The notes: generated by a model not told the origin, from the sequence alone. A DNA stretch of 64,000 nucleotides from Bacteriovoracia bacterium (GCA_050251055.1 JBFWNL010000002.1:416001-480000); one strand, 5' to 3'; shown: positions 36,921 to 47,050, numbered from the stretch's first letter. Made by a program: numbers and translations.

Positions 36921-37529
36921 GTGAAGAAGGCGAGAACCCGCAATCCCGAAAAAACCCGGGCGCACATCCTGAACTCGGCTTTTCTAGAGATCTATCGCCA
37001 TGGTTTTAATGGCGTGGGCGTGCGTGAGTTGGCCGCCAAGGCAGGCGTCACGATCGGCGCATTTTTCCATCACTTCCCCACTAAAAATCACGTTGCCTAC
37101 GCCATCATCGACGAAGTTATCCAGGCGGGCATTCAAGACCGGTGGATCAAACCACTCGCCGCCTACAAAAACCCGCTACAGGGCATTTTGAAATGCTTCA
37201 AAAACACGTTCGACCACTGGCCCGACGAACTCGTTTCCTTGGGCTGTCCGCTTAACAACTTAACGCAGGAACTTTCCGCCGCCGACGAAACCATCAAAGC
37301 CAGGACGACGGCCGTCCTGTTGGAATGGATGGAGAAAACCCACGAGCATCTGAAGCGAGCACAGGACGACGGCTATCTCCGCAAGGATGTCGACGCGCGG
37401 AAGCTCGCCGAATTCATCGTCACCTTCCAAGAGGGAACCTTCGCCATGGGCAAGGCCCTGAACGATCGGCGTATTTTTTCTTCGATGTACAGTCATTTCA
37501 AGCAGCACTTAGATTCGGTTTCTGCTTAA
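36921..37529 (+). CDS. TetR/AcrR family regulator
   Basis: N-terminal HTH AGVTIGAFFHHFPTK; GCPLNNL. Confidence 0.93.
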   Translation: MKKARTRNPEKTRAHILNSAFLEIYRHGFNGVGVRELAAKAGVTIGAFFHHFPTKNHVAYAIIDEVIQAGIQDRWIKPLAAYKNPLQGILKCFKNTFDHWPDELVSLGCPLNNLTQELSAADETIKARTTAVLLEWMEKTHEHLKRAQDDGYLRKDVDARKLAEFIVTFQEGTFAMGKALNDRRIFSSMYSHFKQHLDSVSA

Positions 37530-37541
37530 TATAGGTCCGAT

Positions 37542-37883
37542 ATGGAAAACAAAACTCACGTCGTTACGATGGAAAATTTCGAGTCAGTCGTCGATGCGCA
37601 TCCCTTGGTACTGCTCGATTTCTGGGCCGGCTGGTGCCAACCGTGCCAAGTCTTTGCCCCGATCTTCGAGCAAGCCGCCGAGGTTTTCCCGGACATCTAT
37701 TTCGGCAAGGTCGACACCGAAGCCGCGCCCGACCTCGCGCAGGCGTTCCAGATCCGATCGATCCCCACCCTCATGGCGTTTAAAAATGGCGACCTGGTTT
37801 TCGAGCACGCGGGCATCTTGCCGCCCGGCCCGTTTGAGCAGCTGATCGAGAAGCTTCGCGCGGCGGGACCGGAATCGAGCTAA
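37542..37883 (+). CDS. thioredoxin
   Basis: DFWAGWCQPC, IRSIPTL. Confidence 0.92.
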   Translation: MENKTHVVTMENFESVVDAHPLVLLDFWAGWCQPCQVFAPIFEQAAEVFPDIYFGKVDTEAAPDLAQAFQIRSIPTLMAFKNGDLVFEHAGILPPGPFEQLIEKLRAAGPESS

Positions 37884-37946
37884 GGCTAAGCGACACCCAC
37901 CCAGCGGCAGGCGGTTTTTGACGCTTGAGCACTCCAAGCAATTCTA

Positions 37947-38474
37947 TCAACGCGCTCGCATAGAAACGAGCAGTCCTTTCGAATAATCGCTAAGTGCCTG
38001 GCGCCGTGCCTCGTCCAGCTCACCTATGATTTTCATTTTCTTTCGCGAGATCACTACATATCGAGTCTCGATATGAAACTCGTTAGACCCAGGAAACACC
38101 ACCAGCAAAAAATCACCCCGTTTGAAAGCTCGCGGACTACCCCGGCAAGTGTCTATATTGGGCAACCTTTCATCGATTACTTCCATCGGTACGTTCTTAT
38201 CGAAGGCAGCGAGCTTGAACCGAAAGTTAGATAGCTCACAGGGCCGAATGCCGGCATGCGCCGAGGCAGAGTATTGCTCCACCGTCAGCTCAAACTTCTC
38301 GGAACCTTCATAAAAGGTTGCAACCGGATAGACACGCTCGAGTGGCATGGCATCCGTCCGAGCCAACCGATGGATCTTCCAAGTGAGGTAATAACCGCCA
38401 AAAACCAGAATAGTGGCGGCCGCTACACTGAGCGTGATGTGCCAACGCTTCTTAACCCACATAGAAGCAATCAT
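37947..38474 (-). CDS. hypothetical membrane-anchored protein
   Basis: 175-aa ORF with N-terminal TM helix. Confidence 0.55.
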   Translation of the reverse strand: MIASMWVKKRWHITLSVAAATILVFGGYYLTWKIHRLARTDAMPLERVYPVATFYEGSEKFELTVEQYSASAHAGIRPCELSNFRFKLAAFDKNVPMEVIDERLPNIDTCRGSPRAFKRGDFLLVVFPGSNEFHIETRYVVISRKKMKIIGELDEARRQALSDYSKGLLVSMRAR

Positions 38475-38548
38475 GCCGAAGTCACTTTGGGCTGTCTACA
38501 AACTCTATAACCGCTGGACTAGAAACCATGGGCGAATAAACGCTCGAT

Positions 38549-38950
38549 TTAGCGCTCCAAAAGTTCTTTCAATTTCGCCATCTCTACGTCCATTTCACGC
38601 ATGGCTTGATTGAATTGTGCGTCATCCATAACCGGCGGCTGAAAGAGCGTCATGGACACCGTCGCACCATCGCCATTGGGAACGACGCGGGAGAATACGG
38701 TCCAAGTGGCCTGCGGGTCTTTCCACGTATGGTCCAGGAGCCCGAATTCTTTGATCGGATTGACCTTAAGCTGGCCTTCGCCAAATTTTGTGATGGCTTT
38801 GAACCAGCCGTTTGATCCCAAGCTCACCGAGCGCAGGTTCACCACGGCATACTGCGGCCAGTTCATGGGATCGGCGAGAAACGTAAAAACCTTTTCGACG
38901 GGAGCTTGAATATCGACCGATTTAATTTGAGAACGCGAGAGTTTTTGCAT
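38549..38950 (-). CDS. SRPBCC family protein
   Basis: IQAPVEKVFTFLADPMNWPQY; C-terminal LKELLE. Confidence 0.85.
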   Translation of the reverse strand: MQKLSRSQIKSVDIQAPVEKVFTFLADPMNWPQYAVVNLRSVSLGSNGWFKAITKFGEGQLKVNPIKEFGLLDHTWKDPQATWTVFSRVVPNGDGATVSMTLFQPPVMDDAQFNQAMREMDVEMAKLKELLER

Positions 38951-38959
38951 TTGAATCTC

Positions 38960-39352
38960 CTATTTTGGGCTGGGAAAGTGTTGAACGTGCTCATCCCCAT
39001 TTCTTCCGAAGTAACGGACCTTTCTGCCATTCAGGTAGACAATGTAGTAAGCGCAACCTGCGGCGCAGCCCTCTTTGACGAAATCCGCGAACGTCGCTTG
39101 TCCAGCCAGCACCCGTTGGTTGACCGAATCCAAAGTCTCCGGCGAAAAGCGGCTGGCCACTCCATGATGCTCGAAGGGGATGTCCAGGGAAAAGGATGCG
39201 CCATCTTTTGCGTAGTAGCGACACTCATTCCTCATGAAATCGACGTGGTAAGATTCGACTCCCTCTTTCGTGAGAATGGAGAGAATTTCCGGGAAAGTAA
39301 TCTGCCTTGCGAGCGACTTCTCCAAGAGTGGCTGGATAACTAGTTTATTCAT
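38960..39352 (-). CDS. DUF1398 family protein
   Basis: ITFP, GVESY.VD, AAGC..Y.V, YFGR.GD.HV..FP. Confidence 0.85.
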   Translation of the reverse strand: MNKLVIQPLLEKSLARQITFPEILSILTKEGVESYHVDFMRNECRYYAKDGASFSLDIPFEHHGVASRFSPETLDSVNQRVLAGQATFADFVKEGCAAGCAYYIVYLNGRKVRYFGRNGDEHVQHFPSPK

Positions 39353-39364
39353 GGCGTTCCTTTT

Positions 39365-39838
39365 TCACTGCGTAGGTACAGTTTTAATTTGGAAGTGATC
39401 GGCCAGCTTCTGCAAGACCGCTTTCAGTTGAGAGCGTTCTGCCTTGTTGAGACAGGAAAAAAACTCGCGGTCATTTTGATCGGCGAGCGCTCCGAGCTTC
39501 GGCACCAGCTGAATGCCTTTGGCGGTGAGCTCAATGTCCTGGTAACGACGATCATCCGAAGATTCCTTACGACTGACTAAGCCCTTTTCCAGCAACCGGG
39601 TAATGAGCTTGGAAACCGCCCCCCGCGTGAGCCCCGTTAGCTCGGCGACCGCACTGGGCGAGGTGGTGTCGTCGCCACCGTACATTTCTCGCAAAATGAC
39701 CCATTCCGCGACCGTAACGCCACTCGCTTCGAGCTTGCGGGCAAACGAGTGAGAAACGTTGTTTGAAACGACTCGCATCCAGTAGCCGATGTGCTCCGTG
39801 AGCTTGCTCGCTTCAAGTTTTTGCTTTTTTCCCATCAC
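39365..39838 (-). CDS. MarR family regulator
   Basis: LTRGAVSKLITRL..KGLV, DDRR, LT.KG. Confidence 0.93.
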   Translation of the reverse strand: MMGKKQKLEASKLTEHIGYWMRVVSNNVSHSFARKLEASGVTVAEWVILREMYGGDDTTSPSAVAELTGLTRGAVSKLITRLLEKGLVSRKESSDDRRYQDIELTAKGIQLVPKLGALADQNDREFFSCLNKAERSQLKAVLQKLADHFQIKTVPTQ

Positions 39839-39845
39839 ATTCCCT

Positions 39846-39882
39846 ATATTAGTTTACTTATAAATAGTTGTCAAGGAAACTA
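39846..39882 (-). promoter_or_regulatory. sigma70 promoter of marR operon overlapped by a palindrome
   Basis: minus strand TTGACA-N17-TAATAT; TAGTT-N8-AACTA (39865-39882) over the -35. Confidence 0.75.
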
Positions 39883-40002
39883 ATTATCACGCACCCAAGT
39901 GGTTGAAACGACTTCCTTTAATTGTTTCGAAATATTCGGATGGACGCGGGTAGCGCTTTTGGCTTCTTCTACCTCCAGCAGAAGCATCGGTGGCAAGGGG
40001 TT

Positions 40003-40200
40003 GGCCTTCGCCCTACGGGCGTCGCTTCGCGACGTGCGATTTGGCCGTCGCTACAATTCCTTCGTTCACCAAGCGACTTCACCTCTTCTCCACCTCGAGC
40101 AAATTTTTCCCTCCACATCTTCAGACCTGCCGGCGAGTTCCGCAGGCTTGCAAGGCAAGCCGAGGACTGTCTGAGCCCAGGCGGGTCTAAAAAATGTGGA
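40003..40200. repeat. cluster of palindromic hairpins downstream of tRNA-Pro
   Basis: CGCCC-TAC-GGGCG, CGTCGC-TTC-GCGACG, imperfect IR 40112-40131/40180-40200 enclosing GGCTTGC-AAG-GCAAGCC. Confidence 0.5.
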
Positions 40201-40208
40201 AGTTGAAT

Positions 40209-40286
40209 TGGTCGGGGCGGCGAGATTTGAACTCACGACCCTCTGGTCCCAAACCAGATGCGCTAGCCAGGCTGCGCTACGCCCCG
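40209..40286 (-). tRNA. tRNA-Pro (TGG)
   Basis: CGGGGCG acceptor stem, TCTGG-TTTGGGA-CCAGA anticodon arm, GTTCAAAT T-loop, encoded CCA. Confidence 0.97.
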
Positions 40287-40478
40287 ACGGAAAAAGCCTG
40301 AAGTAGCCCTAAGTTAGCGGAGTCATCGAAGCTGCGCAACCCGCGATTTGACAACCACGGGAAAAACCCTCACGCTTATCTATGGGTGGCCACCGACGTT
40401 CCATGGAGGGCCGTCCCGACCACCTCCTGCCAGACCGCAGGTCTTTCCGACGCCAGTCGTATTACAGGGAGGTAATAT

Positions 40479-40877
40479 ATGACTAAATCAATCCAAAGTT
40501 TCGTGACCCACGTCACTCACTGGAGCCTAGGCACCGCGATCATTACCTTTGCCTTGATCGGTCTATTCACCCTGGGGTCCGCCTTCGGCGGCGGCCGGGG
40601 GGACTTTACGAGGGACGCGAATTCCACGTTCAGGGAGACGTATATTAAAATGTCGTCGATCGAGGTTCGGGGCAGCGTGACCTGCCTGATGGGCGCCGAG
40701 AACGACGGCCAGGGCTGCAATCTGCGCATCACCGACCAAAACACGGGGCGCGCATTTTCCCTGAGCAACGGCACCGACGTCCGCCGGATGTACAACTCCG
40801 GCGCGCGCATGTTCGCCATTCAAGGCGAGATGGAAGACTCGGAAACCATCCGCGTCGACGCGGCTTCGGCGATCTAA
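40479..40877 (+). CDS. hypothetical membrane-anchored protein
   Basis: GGAGG RBS; TM helix; two Cys; TTGACA at 40348. Confidence 0.7.
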   Translation: MTKSIQSFVTHVTHWSLGTAIITFALIGLFTLGSAFGGGRGDFTRDANSTFRETYIKMSSIEVRGSVTCLMGAENDGQGCNLRITDQNTGRAFSLSNGTDVRRMYNSGARMFAIQGEMEDSETIRVDAASAI

Positions 40878-41034
40878 TCCTCTTACTCCGGCTTTCCTCC
40901 GGCGGGGTGACCCGCCGGGTCGATGGAGAAAGGCGCGGGCTGGTCCAACACGAGCGGACGGCCCGCGCCCAATTCCTCTCCCAGCCGCCCATTTCCCAAT
41001 TGAGAACCTAGCCCATCCTCGGTAATAATGAGGC

Positions 41035-41259
41035 ATGCCCGTCGCCAATTTGGACCGTGAAAAATACCTGAAAATCATGCGCGCGCAGGGTTACTCCGCC
41101 GCGATCACCCAGCTGCATCACGACATGGAAAGCATGGAGTTCGAAGCTTTCGAAGGATCGAAGGGGTACCAACCCGAGCTTTACGAAGACATCAAGAAAT
41201 TCCGCGATTTCTCGCGTGAGCTGTGGGAGCTGAACCAACGAGATCCCCACGCGAAGTAG
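41035..41259 (+). CDS. small hypothetical protein
   Basis: 74-aa ORF with GAGG RBS and protein-like composition. Confidence 0.7.
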   Translation: MPVANLDREKYLKIMRAQGYSAAITQLHHDMESMEFEAFEGSKGYQPELYEDIKKFRDFSRELWELNQRDPHAK

Positions 41260-41332
41260 CCTCCGTCTGAAGACCCTGAAACCCAAAAATTACGAAGTCG
41301 AATACTTTAAATACAACTGCAAGGTCGGCTTA

Positions 41333-42565
41333 GTGGTCACCTTCGTTGCCATCGGCGTGGCGATGTTCGTGCACTCCACGCTGCTTCTTGTCTTCAGCTT
41401 GGCCTACCTGGGACCCATGCTGCTATTCAGCCGAAAGCTGACGAAAAAGCGCCTGGCCAAGCGCAAGATCTACTTTATGGCGACGATCTTGGCGTACTTC
41501 ACGATCGTGGTTTGCGTTACCGGCGCCCTTAGCTCACCCTTCGTGCTGCTATTCGTGGTCTACGCCCAAATCGCCGCCTCTTTTTACAACGGGCGCCGCG
41601 CCTGGTTCTGGCTAGGGCTGGCGGGCGTGGGGCTCACCATCGTTTTCGCCACCGGCGTTTCCGGGATGGACCTTCGGGACTACCCTCGCCTCGCGGATAA
41701 CGAACGCTCCACCTTAAGCTTGATCATTGCCATGCTGGTTGCCCTCTCGGTTTCCCTGCGTACGAACATTTTCCGAAAGTTTCTCACGAAAACGTACGAC
41801 CAAATCGCCGATCAGCACGCGAAGCTCGCCGCGCAGGCGCGGATGGCGACCTTGGGTGAAATGGCCAGCGGCATCGCGCACGAGATCAACAACCCGCTCT
41901 CCATCATCATGGTGAAGCTCGACCTACTTAAGTCTTCCGCCCAAAAAGGCGTCCTCACCCCGGATCAACTCACCGACAATCTGGACCGTTTGCAGGCCAC
42001 GACCGACCGCATCTCCCGCATCGTAAAGGGGCTGCGCGCATTCTCCCGCGACAGCCGTCAGGATCCGTTCGAACCCACCCAAATACGCGCGGTGGTGCAA
42101 GAGTGCCTGGATCTCTGCGGCGAGAAAATCAAGCTACTGGGCGTGGACCTACGCGTGAAGTGCGAAACGGACTCCGAATTCGAATCCCGCCCCGGTCAGA
42201 TCATGCAGGTACTTATGAACTTGCTGGTGAACTCCTTCGATGCGGTGGAAAACCTGCCCGACCGGTGGGTGGAGATCGAGGCGCGCGACCTGGGAGGGTG
42301 GCTAGAGCTACGCGTGACCGATAGCGGAAAGGGAATTCCCGCGGAAGTGGCCCAGAAGATGATGCAGCCTTTTTACACCACGAAGGAAGCCGGGCGCGGC
42401 ACGGGCCTGGGGCTGGCCATCTCGCGCGCGCTCGTGGAGAATCACCGCGGTGAAATCACGCTTGACGAGAAACACCCCCACACGCGCTTCGTGATCCGGT
42501 TGCCGAAGCACCAGCCCTTGACCCAAAAAAAGTCGCCGCGGACCGAGCTATCCCTGTTTACCTGA
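41333..42565 (+). CDS. membrane sensor histidine kinase (orphan)
   Basis: several TM helices; GIAHEINNPL, NLLVNS, DSGKGI, FYTTK, GTGLGL; frame is open further upstream so the start is uncertain. Confidence 0.93.
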   Translation: MVTFVAIGVAMFVHSTLLLVFSLAYLGPMLLFSRKLTKKRLAKRKIYFMATILAYFTIVVCVTGALSSPFVLLFVVYAQIAASFYNGRRAWFWLGLAGVGLTIVFATGVSGMDLRDYPRLADNERSTLSLIIAMLVALSVSLRTNIFRKFLTKTYDQIADQHAKLAAQARMATLGEMASGIAHEINNPLSIIMVKLDLLKSSAQKGVLTPDQLTDNLDRLQATTDRISRIVKGLRAFSRDSRQDPFEPTQIRAVVQECLDLCGEKIKLLGVDLRVKCETDSEFESRPGQIMQVLMNLLVNSFDAVENLPDRWVEIEARDLGGWLELRVTDSGKGIPAEVAQKMMQPFYTTKEAGRGTGLGLAISRALVENHRGEITLDEKHPHTRFVIRLPKHQPLTQKKSPRTELSLFT

Positions 42566-43060
42566 AGCTTCGCGAGACGGGCGGCGCACAGCGAGCGTGT
42601 TGGCCATCACGTCATGCAAGGCCTGTTTACGCGGATGAAAAAGCGCCATGAGGTAGCCAATACCCATGAGCGCCGAAGAAACAAAGTAGCCCACGGTGCG
42701 CACGCAGCTGCGCCCCAGCGACGGAAACTTACCGGTGTCCGCGTCCACCACGTAGATTTTGAACGGGTACTTGCCGAGCGTGGTGCCCCACCGGGAATGC
42801 GCATAACTGTAGTAAGCCATGGCCACAATGAGGTAGAAAATCAGGATCCAGATCTGCTGCCAAAGCGGGCTGATTTCGATCGGCAACGCGAAAAATGGCA
42901 GGGCCACGACCCACGAGACCAGCATCAGCAGCAGCTCGTCGACGATGGACGAGACCGCGCGCAGGAAAAAACTCGCCAAGCGGGGCCGATCTTTCCCAGA
43001 AAAAATAGTTAAGTGTTCGCCAGGCTTAAGCTGGACCTTGATCTCAACTTCCGTGCTCAC
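42548..43060 (-). CDS. RDD family membrane protein
   Basis: R...SIVD, GTTLGK, KQALHD; GTG start overlaps the EamA stop. Confidence 0.85.
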   Translation of the reverse strand: MSTEVEIKVQLKPGEHLTIFSGKDRPRLASFFLRAVSSIVDELLLMLVSWVVALPFFALPIEISPLWQQIWILIFYLIVAMAYYSYAHSRWGTTLGKYPFKIYVVDADTGKFPSLGRSCVRTVGYFVSSALMGIGYLMALFHPRKQALHDVMANTLAVRRPSREASGKQG

Positions 43061-43965
43061 GTGGTTTTCTCCCGGCGGATGGAAATCAAAAGCCCGGTGA
43101 ATATGAGCAAGCTCGAGCACACCGTGCGCAACGTGATGGCCTGGCCGAACCAGATCCACGCGAGCAATGCCGCCACCACCGGCTGCACGTAGACCCAAAG
43201 CGCGACCTGCGAGGGCTTGGCGTAAGCGAGCGCCCAGTTATTCAGGAAATACGCGAGCAAGGTGCCGCAAAGGATGGCGTAAGCCGCGCACCACCACAGC
43301 TCCGTCGTCATGACCGGGAACTTGAAATCCAGGTAAAACGGGAACGCGAGCGTAGTGAGCCCAACGCTGCCGTACGCGAAAAGCCACGCCGTGCCCCACA
43401 AGCGATCGTGCCTTTCAAAGAACGACTTACCGTAGGACAGAAAGAAGGCGAAAGAGAGACAGTTTAAGATCGTGAGCAGGTCGCCCTTGAGCGTTTCATT
43501 CGAGAGCGTGAAGTCTTCCACCTTCCGCAGCGCGAGCACCCCCACGAGGGCGAAGGCAAAGCCCACGGCGCGCCGACGCGTGAGCGGCTCCTGCCCGCGC
43601 AAGGTCACGACCAAAAGCGTGAAGATTGGGATGAGGGTATTCAGAATCGCGCTATTGGTCGGCGTGGTGTAGCGCAGCCCGACGAGGAAGCTGCCTTGAT
43701 TGATGATCGTGCCCAGGAGCGCGAGCCCGATGAGCGGCAGGAAAAACCCCTTCGCGCCGCCCGTGGGATGCGGGCGCTTGGAGAGAATCGCCACCGAGAA
43801 GAGCACGGCGGCCGAAATGATGATGCGGATGCTGGCCCACAGCAGCGGCGGAAACTCGCTCACGACGACTTTGGAGAAGACGTAGTTCAACCCGAACAGC
43901 ACCTGCACCGCGAGCAAAGCGGCCATGACCAACAGAGGCGGAGGTGTTTTAGAAATCGCTTTCAT
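43057..43965 (-). CDS. DMT/EamA family transporter
   Basis: about ten TM helices; GLRYT, PIFT, QPVVA. Confidence 0.9.
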   Translation of the reverse strand: MKAISKTPPPLLVMAALLAVQVLFGLNYVFSKVVVSEFPPLLWASIRIIISAAVLFSVAILSKRPHPTGGAKGFFLPLIGLALLGTIINQGSFLVGLRYTTPTNSAILNTLIPIFTLLVVTLRGQEPLTRRRAVGFAFALVGVLALRKVEDFTLSNETLKGDLLTILNCLSFAFFLSYGKSFFERHDRLWGTAWLFAYGSVGLTTLAFPFYLDFKFPVMTTELWWCAAYAILCGTLLAYFLNNWALAYAKPSQVALWVYVQPVVAALLAWIWFGQAITLRTVCSSLLIFTGLLISIRREKTT

Positions 43966-43993
43966 GGGGGGATCCTTTAACAGGATCCAACGG

Positions 43994-45232
43994 TTAGCCG
44001 ATCTTGTCCAGCTCGAAACCCTGGTGTAGGCAGCTAACCGCCTTCTTCGTGTCCGCGCCGGCGATGAGGCAAGAAACCTTGATCTCCGAAGTGGTTACCA
44101 GGCGGATATTGATACCAGCGTCCGCGAGCAGGCGGAACATCTTCGCCGCGACCCCCGGGTGATTTTGCATCCCTACGCCCACGATACTGACCTTCGCGAG
44201 CTCGGCATCCTCGCTGATTTGCATGCCCACGAAGTGGGTCTGCGCGAGCGCCTGGAGAACCTTTTGGGCCTTCAGGTGATCCGTCTTGCCCACCGTGAAG
44301 CTCACCGAAAGCTTTCCTTGCGCCGCGGTGGTTTGCACGATGACGTCCACGACGATCGCGGCCTCCGACAGCGCGCCGAAGATCTGCGCGGCGGTGCCTG
44401 GGGTGTCGGGCAGGTTCTGAAGCGTGAGCTTCACCTGCGCGGGGTCGGCGGCGACTCCCGCCACCACGACTTTTTCCATCTCGCTGCCTAAATCTTCCTT
44501 CGCCACCACGCGCGTACCCTCCGTCCGCTCGAAGCTCGAGCGCACATGCAAATTTACCCGATACTTCGCCGCGATTTCCACGCTGCGAATCTGCAAAACC
44601 TTCGCGCCCAACCCCGCGAACTCCATCATTTCCTCGTAGGAAATCCGCTGGATCTTGCGCGCCTGGGGACAAAGCCGCGGATCGGTCGTGTAGACTCCGT
44701 CCACGTCCGTGTAAATATCGCACTCGTCGGCCTGGATCGCCGCCGCGATCGCCACCGCGCTCGTGTCCGAGCCGCCCCGGCCCAGCGTAGTAATATTGTT
44801 GTCCGAATCGACGCCTTGAAACCCGGCGATGACGGGCGTGATACCGTTTTCAATCTCGCGCTTGAGCAGCGTCGAATCAATCGCCTGGATGCGCGCCTTA
44901 GAAAAAACCGAATCCGTGCGGATGCCGATCTGGTGGCCAAGCAGCCCGCGCGCCACCGTCTTTCCGGCCAAGGTATTGAGCGCTAAGCTCACGAGCCCCA
45001 CCGAAACCTGCTCGCCACTGGCGATGAGCAGATCGTACTCGCGGGAATACGGGATAGGATTGATCTTCGTGGCGAGCTCCACGAGGCGGTTCGTTTCGCC
45101 AGACATCGCCGAAACGACCACGACGATCTGATCGCCCTTCGCGCGTGCGTCCATTACGAGCTTCGCCACTTCCTGGATGCGCTCGATGGAGCCGACCGAC
45201 GTGCCGCCGAATTTTTTAACGATTAGAGCCAT
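43994..45232 (-). CDS. lysC: aspartate kinase
   Basis: KKFGGTSV, VVSAM, LGRGGSDTSA, TDVDGVYTTDP, two ACT domains. Confidence 0.97.
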   Translation of the reverse strand: MALIVKKFGGTSVGSIERIQEVAKLVMDARAKGDQIVVVVSAMSGETNRLVELATKINPIPYSREYDLLIASGEQVSVGLVSLALNTLAGKTVARGLLGHQIGIRTDSVFSKARIQAIDSTLLKREIENGITPVIAGFQGVDSDNNITTLGRGGSDTSAVAIAAAIQADECDIYTDVDGVYTTDPRLCPQARKIQRISYEEMMEFAGLGAKVLQIRSVEIAAKYRVNLHVRSSFERTEGTRVVAKEDLGSEMEKVVVAGVAADPAQVKLTLQNLPDTPGTAAQIFGALSEAAIVVDVIVQTTAAQGKLSVSFTVGKTDHLKAQKVLQALAQTHFVGMQISEDAELAKVSIVGVGMQNHPGVAAKMFRLLADAGINIRLVTTSEIKVSCLIAGADTKKAVSCLHQGFELDKIG

Positions 45233-45318
45233 TTACCTATCATTATAACGCGTTGCGCTGTTTTTCCAGTTTTTTCTGGCCTTGCCCCCCGACCCGGCCT
45301 TCTTTATAACGGCTTCCT

Positions 45319-46089
45319 ATGTCGAATTCATTCCAAGGCAAGAAGGCCCTGATCGTGGGCGTAGCGAACGAACGAAGTCTCGCCTGGGCCATCGCGGAGC
45401 AGTTAGCCGCGGGCGGGGCTCAGCTGGGGTTCACCTACATGGGCGAGGCCCTCGAGCGCCGCGTGCGCCCACTCGCGGAATCCGTGAAATCGGATCTGAT
45501 CGAACCCTGCGATGTCGCCGACGACGGCCAGATCGACCGGCTATTCGAGAAGGTAAAGGCGAAGTGGGGCACCGTCGACATCCTGATTCACTCCGTAGCC
45601 TTCGCGAATCGCGAAGATCTCGAAGGGTCGTTCACGGCGACCTCCCGCAAAGGCTTCGCCACCGCCATGGATATCAGCGCCTATTCACTCGTCGCGCTCG
45701 CCCAGCGCGCGACGCCGCTGATGCCGAACGGTGGCTCGATTGTCACCCTTTCGTACTACGGCGCCGAGAAGGTCGTGCCGAACTATAACGTCATGGGCGT
45801 AGCCAAAGCGGCGCTCGAAGCCTGCGTGCGCTACCTGGCGTGGGACCTCGGCCCGAAAAAAATCTGCGTGAACGCGATCTCGGCCGGGCCCGTGAAGACG
45901 CTCGCCGCCGCCGGCATCCGCGACTTCCGCACCATGCTCGCCAAAGCCGAGGAGAAAACCCCCCTGCACGAAAACATCAACGCCGAAGACGTCGGCGCGT
46001 TGGCCGCCTTCCTCTGTGGCCCGGGCGGACGCCATATCACCGGCTCCACGATGTACGTCGACAGCGGCGCGCACATTATGGGAGCCTAA
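45319..46089 (+). CDS. fabI: enoyl-ACP reductase
   Basis: GVANERSLAW, YNVMGVAKAALE, SAGPVKTLAA. Confidence 0.97.
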   Translation: MSNSFQGKKALIVGVANERSLAWAIAEQLAAGGAQLGFTYMGEALERRVRPLAESVKSDLIEPCDVADDGQIDRLFEKVKAKWGTVDILIHSVAFANREDLEGSFTATSRKGFATAMDISAYSLVALAQRATPLMPNGGSIVTLSYYGAEKVVPNYNVMGVAKAALEACVRYLAWDLGPKKICVNAISAGPVKTLAAAGIRDFRTMLAKAEEKTPLHENINAEDVGALAAFLCGPGGRHITGSTMYVDSGAHIMGA

Positions 46090-46099
46090 GGGGCGCCCC

Positions 46100-47050
46100 A
46101 TGGTGCAAACCGAGCTTCACCGCCACCTCGACGTCTGCACGCGACCCGCGACGCTGCTCGAGCTGCTGCAAGCCCAAGGCCTGGAGCCGCAAAGCACTTC
46201 ACTGGCCGCTTTCCGCGAAAAGACCCTAATTCAGGCTCCGATGAAGGACCTAGCGAGCGTACTGGGGAAGTTCGGGGCATTCCAGCGCGCGCTCCACACT
46301 CCGGATGCGATCGAGCGCGTGGGATTCGAAGCCGTGGAAGACTGTTGGCGCGAGGGCACGCGGGCCGTGGAATTGCGTTTTTCACCTAGCTTCGCCACCG
46401 AGTTCTCCGGCCTTTCCTGGCGGGAGGCGACCGAAAGCTTCGATCGGGGTATCCGGCGAGCTTGCGCCCAGTACGCGGGCATGCGCGCGGGGATGATCTG
46501 CATCGCCACGCGTGATTACGGCGCCGACTCGGTCGCCGAGTCCGTCGAATTCTTCCTTAAAAATCGGGATCTCTTCGTCGGCTTCGACCTGGCCGGCGAC
46601 GAAGCCGCGCACCCCGGAAAAAAATTCGAATCATCGTTCAAGCGCCTACGGCAAGCGGGGGCCCGCATTACGGTTCACTCGGGGGAAGCCTCCGGCCCCG
46701 AGAGCATCTGGGAAGCCCTAGAGTACCTGGGGGCCGAGCGCATTGGCCATGGCGTCGCGTGCGCGCGCGACCCCAAACTGATGGAACACTTGCGCGACCA
46801 GCGGATCTGCCTGGAGATCTGTCCCACCAGCAATTGGCTCGTGGGCATCTTTCCGCGCGTCGAAGACCATGTTCTCCCCAAGCTTCTGCGCGCGGGGGTT
46901 CCGGTCAGCCTCAACACCGACGACCCCGGAATCATGAACGTGACGCTCGCTTCCGAGATCGACGTCTGCCGGAACCGCTTGGGGATGACCCCCGCCGAGA
47001 TCCAGCGCTGCTTCGAATACGCCGCCGCGGCCAGCTTCCTACCTCATTAG
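46100..47050 (+). CDS. add: adenosine deaminase family protein
   Basis: ELHRHLD, DLAGDE, HSGE, RIGHG, CPTSN, NTDDP. Confidence 0.9.
   Translation: MVQTELHRHLDVCTRPATLLELLQAQGLEPQSTSLAAFREKTLIQAPMKDLASVLGKFGAFQRALHTPDAIERVGFEAVEDCWREGTRAVELRFSPSFATEFSGLSWREATESFDRGIRRACAQYAGMRAGMICIATRDYGADSVAESVEFFLKNRDLFVGFDLAGDEAAHPGKKFESSFKRLRQAGARITVHSGEASGPESIWEALEYLGAERIGHGVACARDPKLMEHLRDQRICLEICPTSNWLVGIFPRVEDHVLPKLLRAGVPVSLNTDDPGIMNVTLASEIDVCRNRLGMTPAEIQRCFEYAAAASFLPH

Noticed and set aside
40381-40470. Riboswitch in the structured leader of 40479
   Set aside because: Only short hairpins, with no recognisable conserved riboswitch motif.
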